64,000 bases of DNA. It comes from an uncultured Verrucomicrobiae bacterium (lineage in GTDB: Bacteria; Verrucomicrobiota; Verrucomicrobiia; Limisphaerales; Palsa-1400). Location of the stretch: contig CAVXRD010000001.1 in assembly GCA_963764165.1 (NCBI GenBank), positions 1,120,001 through 1,184,000 on the forward strand. Direction: 5' to 3'. Made by a program: the position numbers and the translations under genes. The notes beneath the pieces are model-generated. The model worked only from the letters and a program-made list of their open reading frames with translations, ran no database searches and was not told where the DNA came from. Positions 17,421 through 29,700 of the stretch are shown here, piece after piece (position 1 is the first letter of the stretch; each line of letters begins with the position of its first letter).

Positions 17421-20072
17421 TCACAGCATTTTCTTCAGAAACCTTCCCGTATGGGACTGCTTGTGCTTCGCCACATCTTCTGGAGTTCCCGCGCAGACAA
17501 CGCTGCCGCCCCCCACGCCGCCTTCCGGCCCCATGTCAATCAACCAGTCGGCCTCGGCGATCAGGTCCAAATTGTGCTCAATGACCACCACAGAATGGCC
17601 GGCGTCGACCAGCCGTTGCAGCACGCCCACCAGCAGTTTCACATCAGACGCGTGCAGGCCGATGGTCGGCTCCTCCAGCAGGAAAAGGCATGAGCGGGTG
17701 GCGTGCATGTCCGCCTCCCGAAAGCCTGTCAACAAATGGGTGACCAGCTTGAGCCGCTGCGCCTCGCCGCCGCTCAGCGTCGGGCTGGGCTGGCCAAGCC
17801 GCAGGTAGCCCAGGCCGGTGTCGCGCAGCGCTTTCATGGCGCGGGACAATTTTGGATAAGCCGTGAAATGCTCCAGCGCCTGCTCGACGCTCAGATCCAT
17901 GATTTGCGCGATATTCAAGCCGCGCAGTTGCACATCAAGCGTCTCGCGGTTGAAACGCGCGCCCTGGCAGGTTTCGCAGCGAACCAGCGCGGACGGCATG
18001 AAATTCATTTCCAGCTTGATCGTGCCCGCGCCCATGCACTCCGGGCAGCGGCCCTGCGCGCTGTTGAAAGAAAATCGGCTTGACGTGTAGCCCCGCATCC
18101 GCGCCTCGGGTGTCTGGGCGAAAAGCTGCCGGATTTCGTCGAAGAATCCCACGTAGGTGGCCGGAATCGAACGCAGGGTGCGCCCGATGGGAGACTGATC
18201 CACCTCGTAAACCGCCCGCAGCGATTCCGTTCCCGAAATTGTTCCCGCGCCCTCCACTTTCGTCTTCCCCGGTTTTCGCGCCAGCATTGCCGCCGCGGCG
18301 GGAAGAAGGCATTCGCGCATCAGCGTGCTCTTGCCGGAGCCGCTCACGCCTGTCAAACAAACGAAACGGCGCAAGGGGAATTTCACGGTGACATTCTTGA
18401 GCGTGTGCCGGGTGACGCCGGACAGCGTCATCACCGGTTCTTTCCTGCCAAATGAGACCGGCCGCCGCTGGCCCCGCGCCGGAAACGACTTCCACTCGCG
18501 CAGGCATTTTGCGGTGATGGAATTTTCATGCGACATCAGCTCCTTCAGGCTGCCCGCGGCCACGATTTGCCCGCCGTTGACGCCCGCGCCGGGCCCGAGG
18601 TCAATAATATAATCCGCCCGGCGCATGGTTTCCTCGTCGTGCTCGACCACCACCAGCGAATTGCCGCGCGCCTTCAGCGCATCGAGCGCATCGAGCAGAT
18701 GCTCGTTGTCGCGCGCGTGCAATCCGATGGTTGGCTCATCCAGAATGTAAAGCACGCCGCTCAAATTGGATCCAAGCTGCGCCGCCAGGCGGATGCGCTG
18801 GGCCTCGCCGCCGGAGAGCGTGGTGGCCGCGCGGCCCAATTGCAAATAGTGCAGTCCAACGGTCCCAAGAAATTTCAAACGCTCGCGAATTTCCGGCAGG
18901 ATGTCGCGCGCAATCTCCGCTTCGCGCCCTTTCGGGCGAAGCGTGTTGATCCATTCCGCCGCATCGGCCACCGGCAGATCAGAAATTTCCACGATGGTCG
19001 GCGGTTTCTTTGCGCCCAGCCCTGCCAATCGAACGGCCCGGGCAATCGGCGCAAGCCGCGTGCCATTGCACGCGCGGCAAACCTCGCGTTTTCCTTCCTG
19101 CCATTCGAACCACGATTCCTCGATGGCTTCCTGGCGCGCGCCGCGTTCGGTGTCCGGCAGAAAAAAGGTTTCACCGAAGCCCCGGCACTCCGGACACCAG
19201 CCGCGGGGGGAATTGTAGCTGAACATTTTGGGATCCAGCTCGCCAAACGAATCGCCGCACTTCGGACAATTCCGCTCAGTGGAATGGATGGTGACCTTGC
19301 GGTCATTGCCCAGCGCAAGCACCGTCCCCTTCCCCAGCCGAAGAGCTTCGTCGACCAATTGCTGCGGGAAAGTGCGATCCACTCTGCCGCGCTTCGTCTT
19401 TTTCTCCAGCACGCCGACGACAATTTCCACATCATGCTCGCGAAAGCGGTCCAATCGCATTTGCTGGCCGGTCGAATAAATTTTTCCATCCGCGCGAACC
19501 TCGGCATAGCCGTGCTTGGCGGCCCATTCGGCGACTTCGGTATGGAACCCTTTGCGATTCTTGACAACAGGCGCGAGCAGAAGAAGATCACCGCGCTTCT
19601 TGGTTTCCTCGATCAACCGCCTCGCCGCTTCGTCGCGGGTCTGGGCTTGCACTGGCAAATCACACCGCGGGCAATACTGCGTTCCCAGGCGCGCGAACAG
19701 CAGCCGGAGGAAATGATAAATCTCGGTCACAGTGGCGACCGTGCTTTTTCCGCCGCCGCGCGATTGCCGCTGCTCGATGCTGACGGTCGGGGGAATCCCG
19801 GTGATGAGATCGACCTCGGGCCTGGGCAGTTGCTCGACGAATTGCCGGGCGTAGAGATTCATGGAATCGAGAAAGCGCCGCTGGCCCTCGGCAAAAAGCA
19901 AATCGAAGGCGAGCGTGCTCTTGCCGGAGCCGCTGACGCCGGTGACGACGACAAACTTGCCGCGCGGGATGTCGACGGAGATATTCTTGAGATTATGTTC
20001 GCGCGCGCCACGAATGGCGATGACTTCGGATTCGGCGGCTGTCTGTTCGTCGGCTGCTTTCAACTCACCCAT
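17421..20072 (-). CDS. uvrA: UvrA-family excinuclease ATPase lacking the insertion domain
   Basis: GAREHNLKN; two Walker A motifs GVSGSGKST; two LSGGEAQR signatures; Zn-finger Cys pairs; start ATG 20072 or TTG 20063. Confidence 0.9.
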   Translation of the reverse strand: MGELKAADEQTAAESEVIAIRGAREHNLKNISVDIPRGKFVVVTGVSGSGKSTLAFDLLFAEGQRRFLDSMNLYARQFVEQLPRPEVDLITGIPPTVSIEQRQSRGGGKSTVATVTEIYHFLRLLFARLGTQYCPRCDLPVQAQTRDEAARRLIEETKKRGDLLLLAPVVKNRKGFHTEVAEWAAKHGYAEVRADGKIYSTGQQMRLDRFREHDVEIVVGVLEKKTKRGRVDRTFPQQLVDEALRLGKGTVLALGNDRKVTIHSTERNCPKCGDSFGELDPKMFSYNSPRGWCPECRGFGETFFLPDTERGARQEAIEESWFEWQEGKREVCRACNGTRLAPIARAVRLAGLGAKKPPTIVEISDLPVADAAEWINTLRPKGREAEIARDILPEIRERLKFLGTVGLHYLQLGRAATTLSGGEAQRIRLAAQLGSNLSGVLYILDEPTIGLHARDNEHLLDALDALKARGNSLVVVEHDEETMRRADYIIDLGPGAGVNGGQIVAAGSLKELMSHENSITAKCLREWKSFPARGQRRPVSFGRKEPVMTLSGVTRHTLKNVTVKFPLRRFVCLTGVSGSGKSTLMRECLLPAAAAMLARKPGKTKVEGAGTISGTESLRAVYEVDQSPIGRTLRSIPATYVGFFDEIRQLFAQTPEARMRGYTSSRFSFNSAQGRCPECMGAGTIKLEMNFMPSALVRCETCQGARFNRETLDVQLRGLNIAQIMDLSVEQALEHFTAYPKLSRAMKALRDTGLGYLRLGQPSPTLSGGEAQRLKLVTHLLTGFREADMHATRSCLFLLEEPTIGLHASDVKLLVGVLQRLVDAGHSVVVIEHNLDLIAEADWLIDMGPEGGVGGGSVVCAGTPEDVAKHKQSHTGRFLKKML

Positions 20073-20306
20073 TATCGCCGAGCCTGCGCCCCGCGCAAGC
20101 TGGCGGGTCAAATCAGATGGAGGGCGTGATATCAAATGAATCATTCGCGGCTGACCTCCAATTTCCAAATTTTCAAAAAACAGATGAGATTTGGCGGGAA
20201 TTGGTGAGATTCACCGTGATTAGTTGAGAATGGTTTCATGCTCGCGAAGCGCCAAGAAAGCCTCGGCGAGGCGTGGCTGCCTTGAAGAGCCGGCGGCGCC
20301 GGAGCG

Positions 20307-20606
20307 ATGGGCCGCGAATCAGCACGCGAACGCCTGTTTTATTGGATGACCAAACCCAGAAACCCAATTTTGGCCTCATCCGACCCGCTCGTCCTCATGT
20401 TCATCCAGGCTTGGTTGACCGCGGAGCCGGTGGAATTCATTTATATGGGCGGATCAAACCCCGGCTCATCTCGGAAAATCCAAGTCTCGCTGGTTTTCCA
20501 GCACGAGGAGGAAGGCCGGATTTACGTGACTGGCTATTGTGAGGAGCGTAAGGCGAACCGAGTCTTCGCGCTGGATTTGATCATGACGATTTACGCTTGG
20601 AATTGA
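20307..20606 (+). CDS. Stand-alone WYL-domain protein
   Basis: V.F.Y....R.I.......IYVTGYCEERKANRVFALDLI fits the WYL pattern; no HTH or WCX domain. Confidence 0.72.
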   Translation: MGRESARERLFYWMTKPRNPILASSDPLVLMFIQAWLTAEPVEFIYMGGSNPGSSRKIQVSLVFQHEEEGRIYVTGYCEERKANRVFALDLIMTIYAWN

Positions 20607-20741
20607 GGTCGGAATGTCGCGCGTAGCGACGGATGATTGAATAGTTGGAAACGCGATTTGAATGCAGAACTGTTTAACAATGCTGGCTTTCCTGAATTGT
20701 AAGGATGCCAATTCATCCCGTTCATCTACCCCGGCAATCAC

Positions 20742-23700
20742 TCACGGAGTCAATATAATCGCACCAGCGCTGGTTTTGTTTGTGAAATAACCGGCTGCAT
20801 TCGTGGCGTTCTGGAGGACGGCGCCCAAGCCTGTTACTGTTGTGGTGCCGTCCCGGAATTTCACCGTTAACGCCCCGGTTTTTGGATTAATCTGACCGCT
20901 TACGAAGCCAGTCGAATTTGGCCCGACGGCTACGACCGCGCCCGTATTGCCCACCGTGACCGAGTATTTGAGTGGCGTGGTCAAATTTCCTCCAGATATC
21001 GTCAGGCTGCCGTCGACGAATGGAATTGGAGCCACGTGAGCCGGACGGTTCGTCCATTCCGAACCGAGCACCAATACAATATTGGTGAACCCGTCTGGAT
21101 ACATGGCGGCCAGCCTCGACGCGGGCTTAACCCACGTCAATTGGCCCTGCGGTTCGCCATTGGACAATGTGACCCACCCGAGCAAGAGACCGCTCTTGTT
21201 GTAAATGCTGGAATAGATGGGCATGTCTCCTGCGGAAGATATCGGCACTGCCTGGCTGAAGCTCGTCCCGTCAGCCAGCATTCCGCTCAGCGTAACTGAT
21301 CCTGATTTGTTGGTGATCAACGCATAGCCGTTGCCAGGGGGGCCGTTGGTGGCCGTCGAGGCGGGCGGAATCAGCATCGTGTACTCAGCGGATGGGGACT
21401 TCGTGGCAGCGAGGCGCGCTGACAGATCAGCCACCCAGAGTCCGCCATTGGTGCCCGTCACTGTTCCTATCAATTGGGAAGGCGCGACGTTCCAATCCAA
21501 TGACAAATCCAAGCCCAGCGCGCCGCCATACTTGGCCGCTCGCGGGACGTTGGTGGCGGCATGGCCACCCACGTCAAATGCGCCGCTAAGATTATAATTT
21601 GACCCGTCCAGCAGCAATTTGCCGCTGTAGCCGCCCTTGGTTCCTACCTTGAAGGCGCTGAGCATTCCAGCGGTGCTTGCCGTCACATCGTTGCTGACGA
21701 AGAACAGCCCGTTGTAAGTCCCGGCAGCGCCGAGAAATAGGTTGGTCACGAAATTCGCCTCGATGGCCAGGCCGGGTTCCATGATGAAATCCAGCGTCGA
21801 AGCGCTGGTGGACTTCACTGAACCCGTCCAATTGCTGAACAACGAATGCGCGTCAGGCGTCGCGGTAAGCGAATAGCCCTCCCCGATGTTCAGTTTTGCT
21901 CCCTCCGCAGGCACGGTGTCGCCCGCGATGGCAGCTTTGCCTTTGAGTGTGCCGTTCCCATTCCCGCCCTTGGTCAAGCTTAAAGCCGACGGCACCTTGT
22001 AGAAGAAGTGCCGGCTCTCGACTGGAGAATGATTTGACGAGAAATCCCAGCTTTGCACTGCCAGGAAATTTGAGCCTGCCAATGTTGCATTGGTAATGGT
22101 CCATGTCTTCTTGGTTGCGCTGCCGGCGAGAACGGCCTGGCCTTCGTTTGTCACCACGCTGCCATTGTTAATGTTGGTCATCCAATACTGGACCCTGGCG
22201 ACCTGCACATTATCCGACGCGGTGCCGCTGATGGTGGAACTGGCCACCCGCGCGCCCGCCGCAGGCGATGAAATGGCGACGCCGGGCGCTGTCCTGTCGG
22301 GGAGCGTGGTCAAAAGAGCATTGCTGCTGGTGATGGTTCCATAGGGATTCGTTACCACCACCGAGTAGCTCCCCGCGTCATTGGCAAATAGCGGATCGAT
22401 GATCAGATTGCTAGTGGTTGAACCGGCGAATTCCGCACCGTTAGTCAAGTAAATGCCGTTCTTTTGCCATTGGTAACCGAGTGGCGGCGTTCCAAGAGCC
22501 GTCACGCTGAAGGAAACTTCCGAGCCATCGTACTGCTTCAATTTGTTGACGGGCTGCGTCTTGATCGCCAACGGCACGGCCAAACTCAGGATGGCTTCCG
22601 CGCTGGTCATAGCGCCGGATGAATTGCTGACTGTGACAGAATAACTCCCGAGATTCTTTGACTGCACATTCGTCAGCACGAGAGCGGCATTGGTCGCCCC
22701 CGGGATCGCCGAATCATCAAAACTCCATTGGTAGGAAATCGGATTCGCGCCCGTGACGCCGGCGCTGAAGGTGGCATTCTGTCCCGTGAGGACGGTCTGG
22801 GACGTCGGTTGGCCAAGAATGTACAATTGGCCGGTCGCCAATACATACGTTGAAGCCTGGTAGGAAGCCGGGGCGGCCTCCAGATTCTGGGCATTATCGC
22901 GAGCGACACTGTAAAAGTCGTATGAGTGGCCCGGTTGCCCATTGTAAGTCGCGCTATTTAGCGTTGTGCCGCCCTGCCAAATTTGCCAAGGGCCAGCATT
23001 GTCGGAAACATACACGTCATAATCAAACACACCCGAACCACCGGGGTCATCGCTGCCGAACCAACTGACGGTGAAATTGGTGTCGAGCTGCACAGAAGCG
23101 AGAGGCGTCACCGAGCTAGTGGGAGGCACGCCATCCACCGTATTCGTTGTCGGGTTAGTCGGAATGGGCTCATTGCTGTCAAACACGATGACAGCCTGAT
23201 TGGTTACGATACTCCCGGTAGGCGTCCCAGCTTTGGGTAGAATAGTGTAGATAACATGGCCCTCCCCGATTTGATTCGTGTTATCCGGCGGCAGTATGCC
23301 TTCCTGGCTATTCGCCACCAAACTGCCGGTATTCAAGTCAATCGCATTCACCGTCCAGAAAACCTGTCTATTCTCAATGTCAACGCCAACAGTAACATCG
23401 GCGACGACGTTAGTGGGATTGGGAGCAGGCAGAGGAACGCGTGTCTGATAGACGGCAGTGTTCGTCGGAACGGTAATGACAGTGCTCCCAAATGCAATTT
23501 CGCCGACACGAAACGAGCGAATGTCAAAGTTCTGATCCATTTTATCCGAGATCGAGACTTGGCGCGCAAAGGCAGAAGCGTTGGTTTCGTTGGCAAAATA
23601 AATCGTATAAACCAGTGGCTCTTGAACACTCACGAACGCCGCTGTAGAATAGCCAGCCGGACCTGTCATAGCATTTGGATCCGACGCGCTTACAGGATTC

Positions 23701-26700
23701 ATGTTTCCTGTCCCAGAGGGATTTTTATGCAAGCAATGCGTTGCAATTTGATAAATTTCATTAATGGCATCTGCATCAATAGCAGTCGTCATGAGCCACG
23801 TACACCACTCTGGCGCAAGAAAAATACGTCCGAAAAATGCGAAGGTTCCGTTCGCCCCAAGACAGTTTCTATAACCCAAAAGAATGGATTTTAAAGTTCC
23901 AACTGCGTCATTACTATATTCCTGTATGCACTGACGATCTATATCACGTGGCCTTGCACTCCTCCTTGCGTCACCTTCGACTAGAGAAGCCAATCCAACT
24001 TCGTTGTTAAAGAAATTAGTGGCCGATTCGATTGTTGGTGCTGGGAATTCTCCGATATCGCCCTTGTCTAATAGACCTTCATCTGCAAGCCCTTGAGCGA
24101 AAAAGATTCCCCATGAATTCGCGTTAGTCAAGAGCGACCCTAATGGCGACGGGAGATTGTCGATATTCGTTTCACCAATCAAAGACTGGCGCGCAAGCTC
24201 AGCAATATTGGCCATCTGCTCTAAAAAGTCCTGCGTGGACTGCGCGGTAGGCGCAACTGCGTAACTAAAACTTTGCATACCAAAGCCTGAGACGGCGAAT
24301 CCAAACGCATAACTTGCCCCGGGTGAGAGGTTCCTGACAATGAACGTGTTGGTATTTCCATTTTGATCTGTAACAAGGGGAGTCGCCCCCTGTCCGGCGG
24401 CCAGATCAATTGAGTAAGGCTGACTAAGTAATATTGAAGCTGTCAGGTACGGCACGTCTACATTTCCAAGATTTTGTATATACCCATTCCAACTGAACGG
24501 CGATCCAATCCGAGGGAGCAAGTTAACAGTGCCATTAAAGGCCTGAGCCAGAACGGCTGTTGCGGTTTCAATTGTGAGCGCCGAAGCTTGTATCACTGAT
24601 ACACCGGTCGGATTACTTACCTGTATGTCATACTCTCCGTGAATAGCGTTAGTGAAGTTAAATCGAGCCAGCAATGTAGTGCCATTTACAAAAATGTTGC
24701 TGGCCGCAGTATACGTATTTGTCCCGGCGTTTATGCGAACACTTGCGCCCGACTGGAATAGCGCTCCATTAAGGGTAATTGTCACCTGACCGTTGTCTCC
24801 GATATTTACCGGAGTAACGCTGGTTATGGCGAATGGGATAGCTGCCGATGAAAGAACGTAGGACGCGGGTCCATTCGGCACGGAGGTACCACGTACAAGG
24901 ATATAATACCAGCCCGCCTCTGTGGTGGGAACTTGGACCTGCTGATTCGGAGATAATGGATTGTGGAAGACGAAGTCATAATCTCCCAAGTCAGGAACCG
25001 CCCCGTAGCGGACATAAAGCTCGTTGGCGCTGTCTGAGGAGGAGCTGTTCAAAGTGATTTGGACCGTTTGGCCGGCGGGGACGTTGACTTTGTAGTATTG
25101 CTCGACTCCGGTGGATAGCTGGTTGCTGACGGATTGACCCAGCACAAGAATGGGGATGTCCACCGATATGGCGGTTGGGGATGCGGCGACGTTGTTGCTG
25201 AGGTTGGGTTCACGCAGGGTATTCCGCACGTCGGTGCGCACGATGGCATGGTATGAACCGGGCGTGAGGGCGGGCAGCGGGCCAGTCCAACTATCGCCGT
25301 AAGACGCGCCCGGGTTCAAATTGCTGTGGTCGTGTGTCGTGACCAAAATGGCGCTCAAATCCCAAACAGTGTTAGTGGAAAGATAGACGGCGTCCGTCCA
25401 GGTGGCGGGTGCGGTGTTGGTGCTGTCGTTGGTGACTTGCCATGAGATGGTCGCGGTGTCGCCGGGAAGTCCGGTTGATGGGGAAATCGTGACGCCGGAG
25501 GCGGCGAGGTCGGCGGAAGGTGTCAAAGTCACGAACAACGTGGAGGGCGTCATACCGATATTGGCCGCCTCGTTTACGCCGTTAAATAAATCACCGCCGC
25601 TGTCCGCAATAACCTCGATGGAATAAAAGCCCGCCGCGCTGGCGGGCAGCAGCATGGATTGCGAATTGGTGTAAGTTTGCCCGGCGTTCAAGCTGGTCGG
25701 GCGCGGAAACGTTCCCAACTGGACAATGCTTTGGTCCTGATCCTCGCTCTTGACGAGATAAATGGTGTCATACCAGCCCGTCCCGCCGGTCGAGGCTGTC
25801 CCATCGTTCGCCACAATCCAGCTTACAGTAATCGCCTGTCCAGAATAGGCGGTGGCCGGTGCAAAAACGGACGGCACGGTCAAATCCGGGTAAGTGGCGG
25901 GAGTCACTTCGATTGTGCCCGAGCTGACCAAGGCGTTGTTGGTCTGGCCGGTGCATTCCGCCACCGCATTCCCGCTGTCGGTCACGACAACGACGTAGAA
26001 TTTCCCATGGAGCCCGGATGGCAGAGCCGGGTTGATCGTTCCGGTATAGCTGGCATCCGAAGCCAGCGATTTCCCGGGGCTGTATGTTCCCAGCAAAAGA
26101 CTGTTGCTGGCGACAAAGGCGGAGCTGGAGGACAGATAAACCGAGTCGCTCCACGCGCCGGTGGCGGAGCCCGTGCCGGCATTAATGACATTCCATGATA
26201 CAGCGAGCGGCTGGCCTGCGGTGGTGCTCGAAGGGTAATGAATCGAAGCAACTTCCAACTGCGGATACGCGCCCACGCTTACGGACACGAGGTTGGTTGC
26301 GACGATGGGCTGCTGGCCCCGGCAGGCGGCAGTGTCAAAGCGATTGCTCACGTCCGCAATCACATAGACGTAGAAATCTCCCGCGGCGCAGGTGGAAAAT
26401 GCGACATATTGGTTCTGGGTGTAGGCCGATCCCGCGGCCAACCCCTCTGGATTCGGATAGACTCCCATCAAGAAGGCGTTGCTATCGAACGTCGGCACTG
26501 TCGAAACATAGACAGCGTCCACCCACGCCCCTTGGGCGGCGTTCGGGCCCGCATTGGTGACGGTCCATTGGATGGCGAACGGAACGGCGCCCTGGGCTGA
26601 CGTCGGGACGGAAATGGCGGATACCGCCAAGGCCGGATAATTTGTCGCTGTTACTTGGATCGGAGAACTTGAGCGGGCGACGTTGTTGGTTTCACAGGGG

Positions 26701-29700
26701 ATTCCGTTGACGACGTTGCTCACATCGGCCATGACATAGACATAGTATTGTCCTGTCAAACAAATCGGCAGCAGATTGGTTTGCGAATTGGTGTAGGTGG
26801 CGCCGCCAAAGAGATTCCCCGCGTGCTGGCTCAAGCCCAGCAAAATCGCGTTTTCCGGATTGAATTCCGGGCTCTCCGACAGGTAAACAGCGTCTGCCCA
26901 CGGAGCATTCGTGGTGGCGCTTGAGGAATCCGTCACAGCCCACGAAACCACCAGCGGTTCTCCCGCCTTGGCGGTGGCGGGGGCATCGACGAAAGATACC
27001 AGCAATCGGGCGTCCGCGTTCGGCAAAATGGTGAGTGGGCTGCCGGAAATGCCGACTTGGTTCGTTGCCGTGCCCTCATTCACCTGATCGCCGCTGTCCG
27101 CCTGGACCAAGACGTAAAATGAGCCGGCCGGGCAAGCAGGAAGAGTCACGGTCGAGGTCTGGCTGTAGGAAGCACCAGGCGCGAGCGCGCCATTGTGCGC
27201 CACCGATCCAACCAGCGTGGCTTGCGCGAGAGCCAGACTTGCGGTTGGCGAGAGATAAACACTGTCGCTCCAGGACGTGGCGCTTGTTGTGCCCGCGCCA
27301 TTATTTTGGACAGACCATGAAACGGTGATGGGCGCGCCTTGAACGGCGGTGCCCGGAGGGCCCACCTGCGTCACAACAAGACCGGCAGGCTGCGGAACGG
27401 TTAGAACGGTCGGATTGGTGGCTGCCAATACGTTGTTTGACAGCGTGAATTCGGTTATATTGCTGCCCGCATTCGCCACAACGACAATGTAGCTGGTTCC
27501 AATAATATCTGTCGGCAGGGTCACTGGCATCGAATTGGTGTAACTCGCGTCCAGCGCCAACGTTCCCCAATGCCCAAATGTGCCTAGAAGCATGCTCGAC
27601 GCAGCGTTGAAGTTGGAGCTAAGCGAGAGATACACGGAGTCATACCAGTAGCTGCCGGAGGTCTGATTAATGCCTTCGTTTTCGACAGTCCAGGAAACAT
27701 GAATCGACTGGCCAATAACGCCCGTGGCTGGCGCGGTCACACTCGTCGTAACAAGGTCTGATTGCGGTGGGGCGATGATGTCCAGCGCGGCGGCCATTTC
27801 GTCGCGCCCGACATCGCCCGACCCGGCGCGGAAATGGATGTCCACCGCAGGGACGACAAACCAAGTGCCCACGACGCTGGAGCCGCCCACCGATTGCGGC
27901 AGCGTAAATTGCCCGGTGTTGGTGTAGAACGCGCCGGGCGCGAGCGGTCCGGTGAACGTAATGTCGTCCTCATAGGCATAATCCGCCGTCACTCCGTTGA
28001 CAAAATTGGAGACCGACGACAGCGTGATTTGATCATCCCAGCTTCCAGTGATCGGGCTCTGGCCAATGTTTTGCACGACGTAAGTGCAAGTGATCTCCGC
28101 GCCGGGCCACGTCAGGGAAGGAGGCGCCGGCGCCACTTCCACCGAAACCACGTGAAAAAATCCGGCCGTGACTTCCTGAATGCTGATCGGGCTCGCCGTG
28201 GCGCCGATGTTGTTCGTTTCGTTTTCCTCAAACAGCGCGCCGGTGGAATTGGCTTGAACAACAAAATACAATGATCCGCCTACGCCCACAGGAAGATTGA
28301 CCGTGGCGACCTGTTCATAGCAATCGCCAACGGCCAGGTAGCTCGGATTGGCGAAAACGCCATAGTCGGCGACGGCATTGCCAGTGTTTGCTGTAGAAGA
28401 CAAATAGAGGTGATCGTACCAAAGCGGCACGTCCGTATCGCCATGGCCATTATTGCAAACGGTCCAATGAACTTCGACGGTCTGCCCCCCTACTCCGCTC
28501 CCGGGAGCAGTTACCGAGCTGACCACCAAATCGGGCAAAGGCGGATAAATCAAACTGATTGGCACCGCGAGGGTATCGTTTGTTTCAATCGCCTGCGCCA
28601 CGATGTTCTGGCTATCGGCAACGACTACCACGTAATAGCTTCCCGGAGTCAATCCGGTCGCTTGGGAAACGCTGACCGAGGCTGTGTTTGTGTAACTCTG
28701 GCCGGCGCCAAGAACGGATGGCGCGGGCGCCGAGGCCAGAATCTGCGCGCCAGCAAGATTCGTAGGATTGCCGGAGAGCAGGACTTCATCATTCCATAGA
28801 TTTGAAGCGGCGGCCCCTCCCATGTTTGTCACCGCCCACGTAACAGGAAAAGCTTGTCCAAACTGGGCGGTTGAAACCGCGCTCACGTCCTTGAGGACAA
28901 GGTTGGGAACATTTCCAGGCGGCCATGGCACAACGGGCGTTGCCGTGCCACTCAGCTCAACGCGCAAAGCCGTCGGGCCTCCACTATTGTTGACAACAAA
29001 CTCAATCGTGTTTAAGCCAGCGACAAACCCGTTTGTGATGCTGAAAGGATACCACTGGCTGAAATCGTTGGCCGTCATGCCGGTATTCTGCCCGTTGATC
29101 AAAATCTCCACTCCCTGGTTATCAGTGGACCAGGTTCCGAAGATCGCTGCGGAATTTGGATCGTAAATGGAGAGATCAAAAGCCATTTGGTATGTAAAAT
29201 TTCCGCCCGCGGAAGAACCGCCAAATGCGCTATCCGCGGGCCCGATCCACGCTGAGCTTGCCGTGTTGCCTTCAAAATAATTATAGGGCACGTCCTCGAA
29301 GACATAAGCCGCCGGGCCGGGCGAGCCTGGATCTGCGCTGTTGATAAGCGTGTAATGAGGATCAATGTATCCACCGGGCAGCGACACTCCGTTATCGGCA
29401 ATCCCGGAGTTAAAGACCTGGAAAGGAGCCTGAACGAGAACGAGCCGCACGTTCGTAACCGAATTTCCCAATCCATCCGTTGCGACGTAGGTGATGTTAT
29501 ACGATCCCAGCGCACCCGTATTCACAGCGCCACTGGCGATCACACTGAGGCTGCCGCAAAGGTTGCTCGCCGTTGCGCCAGGGTCGGCGAACGAAGATCC
29601 CAATGGAATGCGCATCGGGTTCAATCCTTGAATGGCAATCACCGGCGAGCTGTCGTTGGCGGCGCTCAGCGTGGCGATCTGGCTGGTCACGCTTCCAAAA

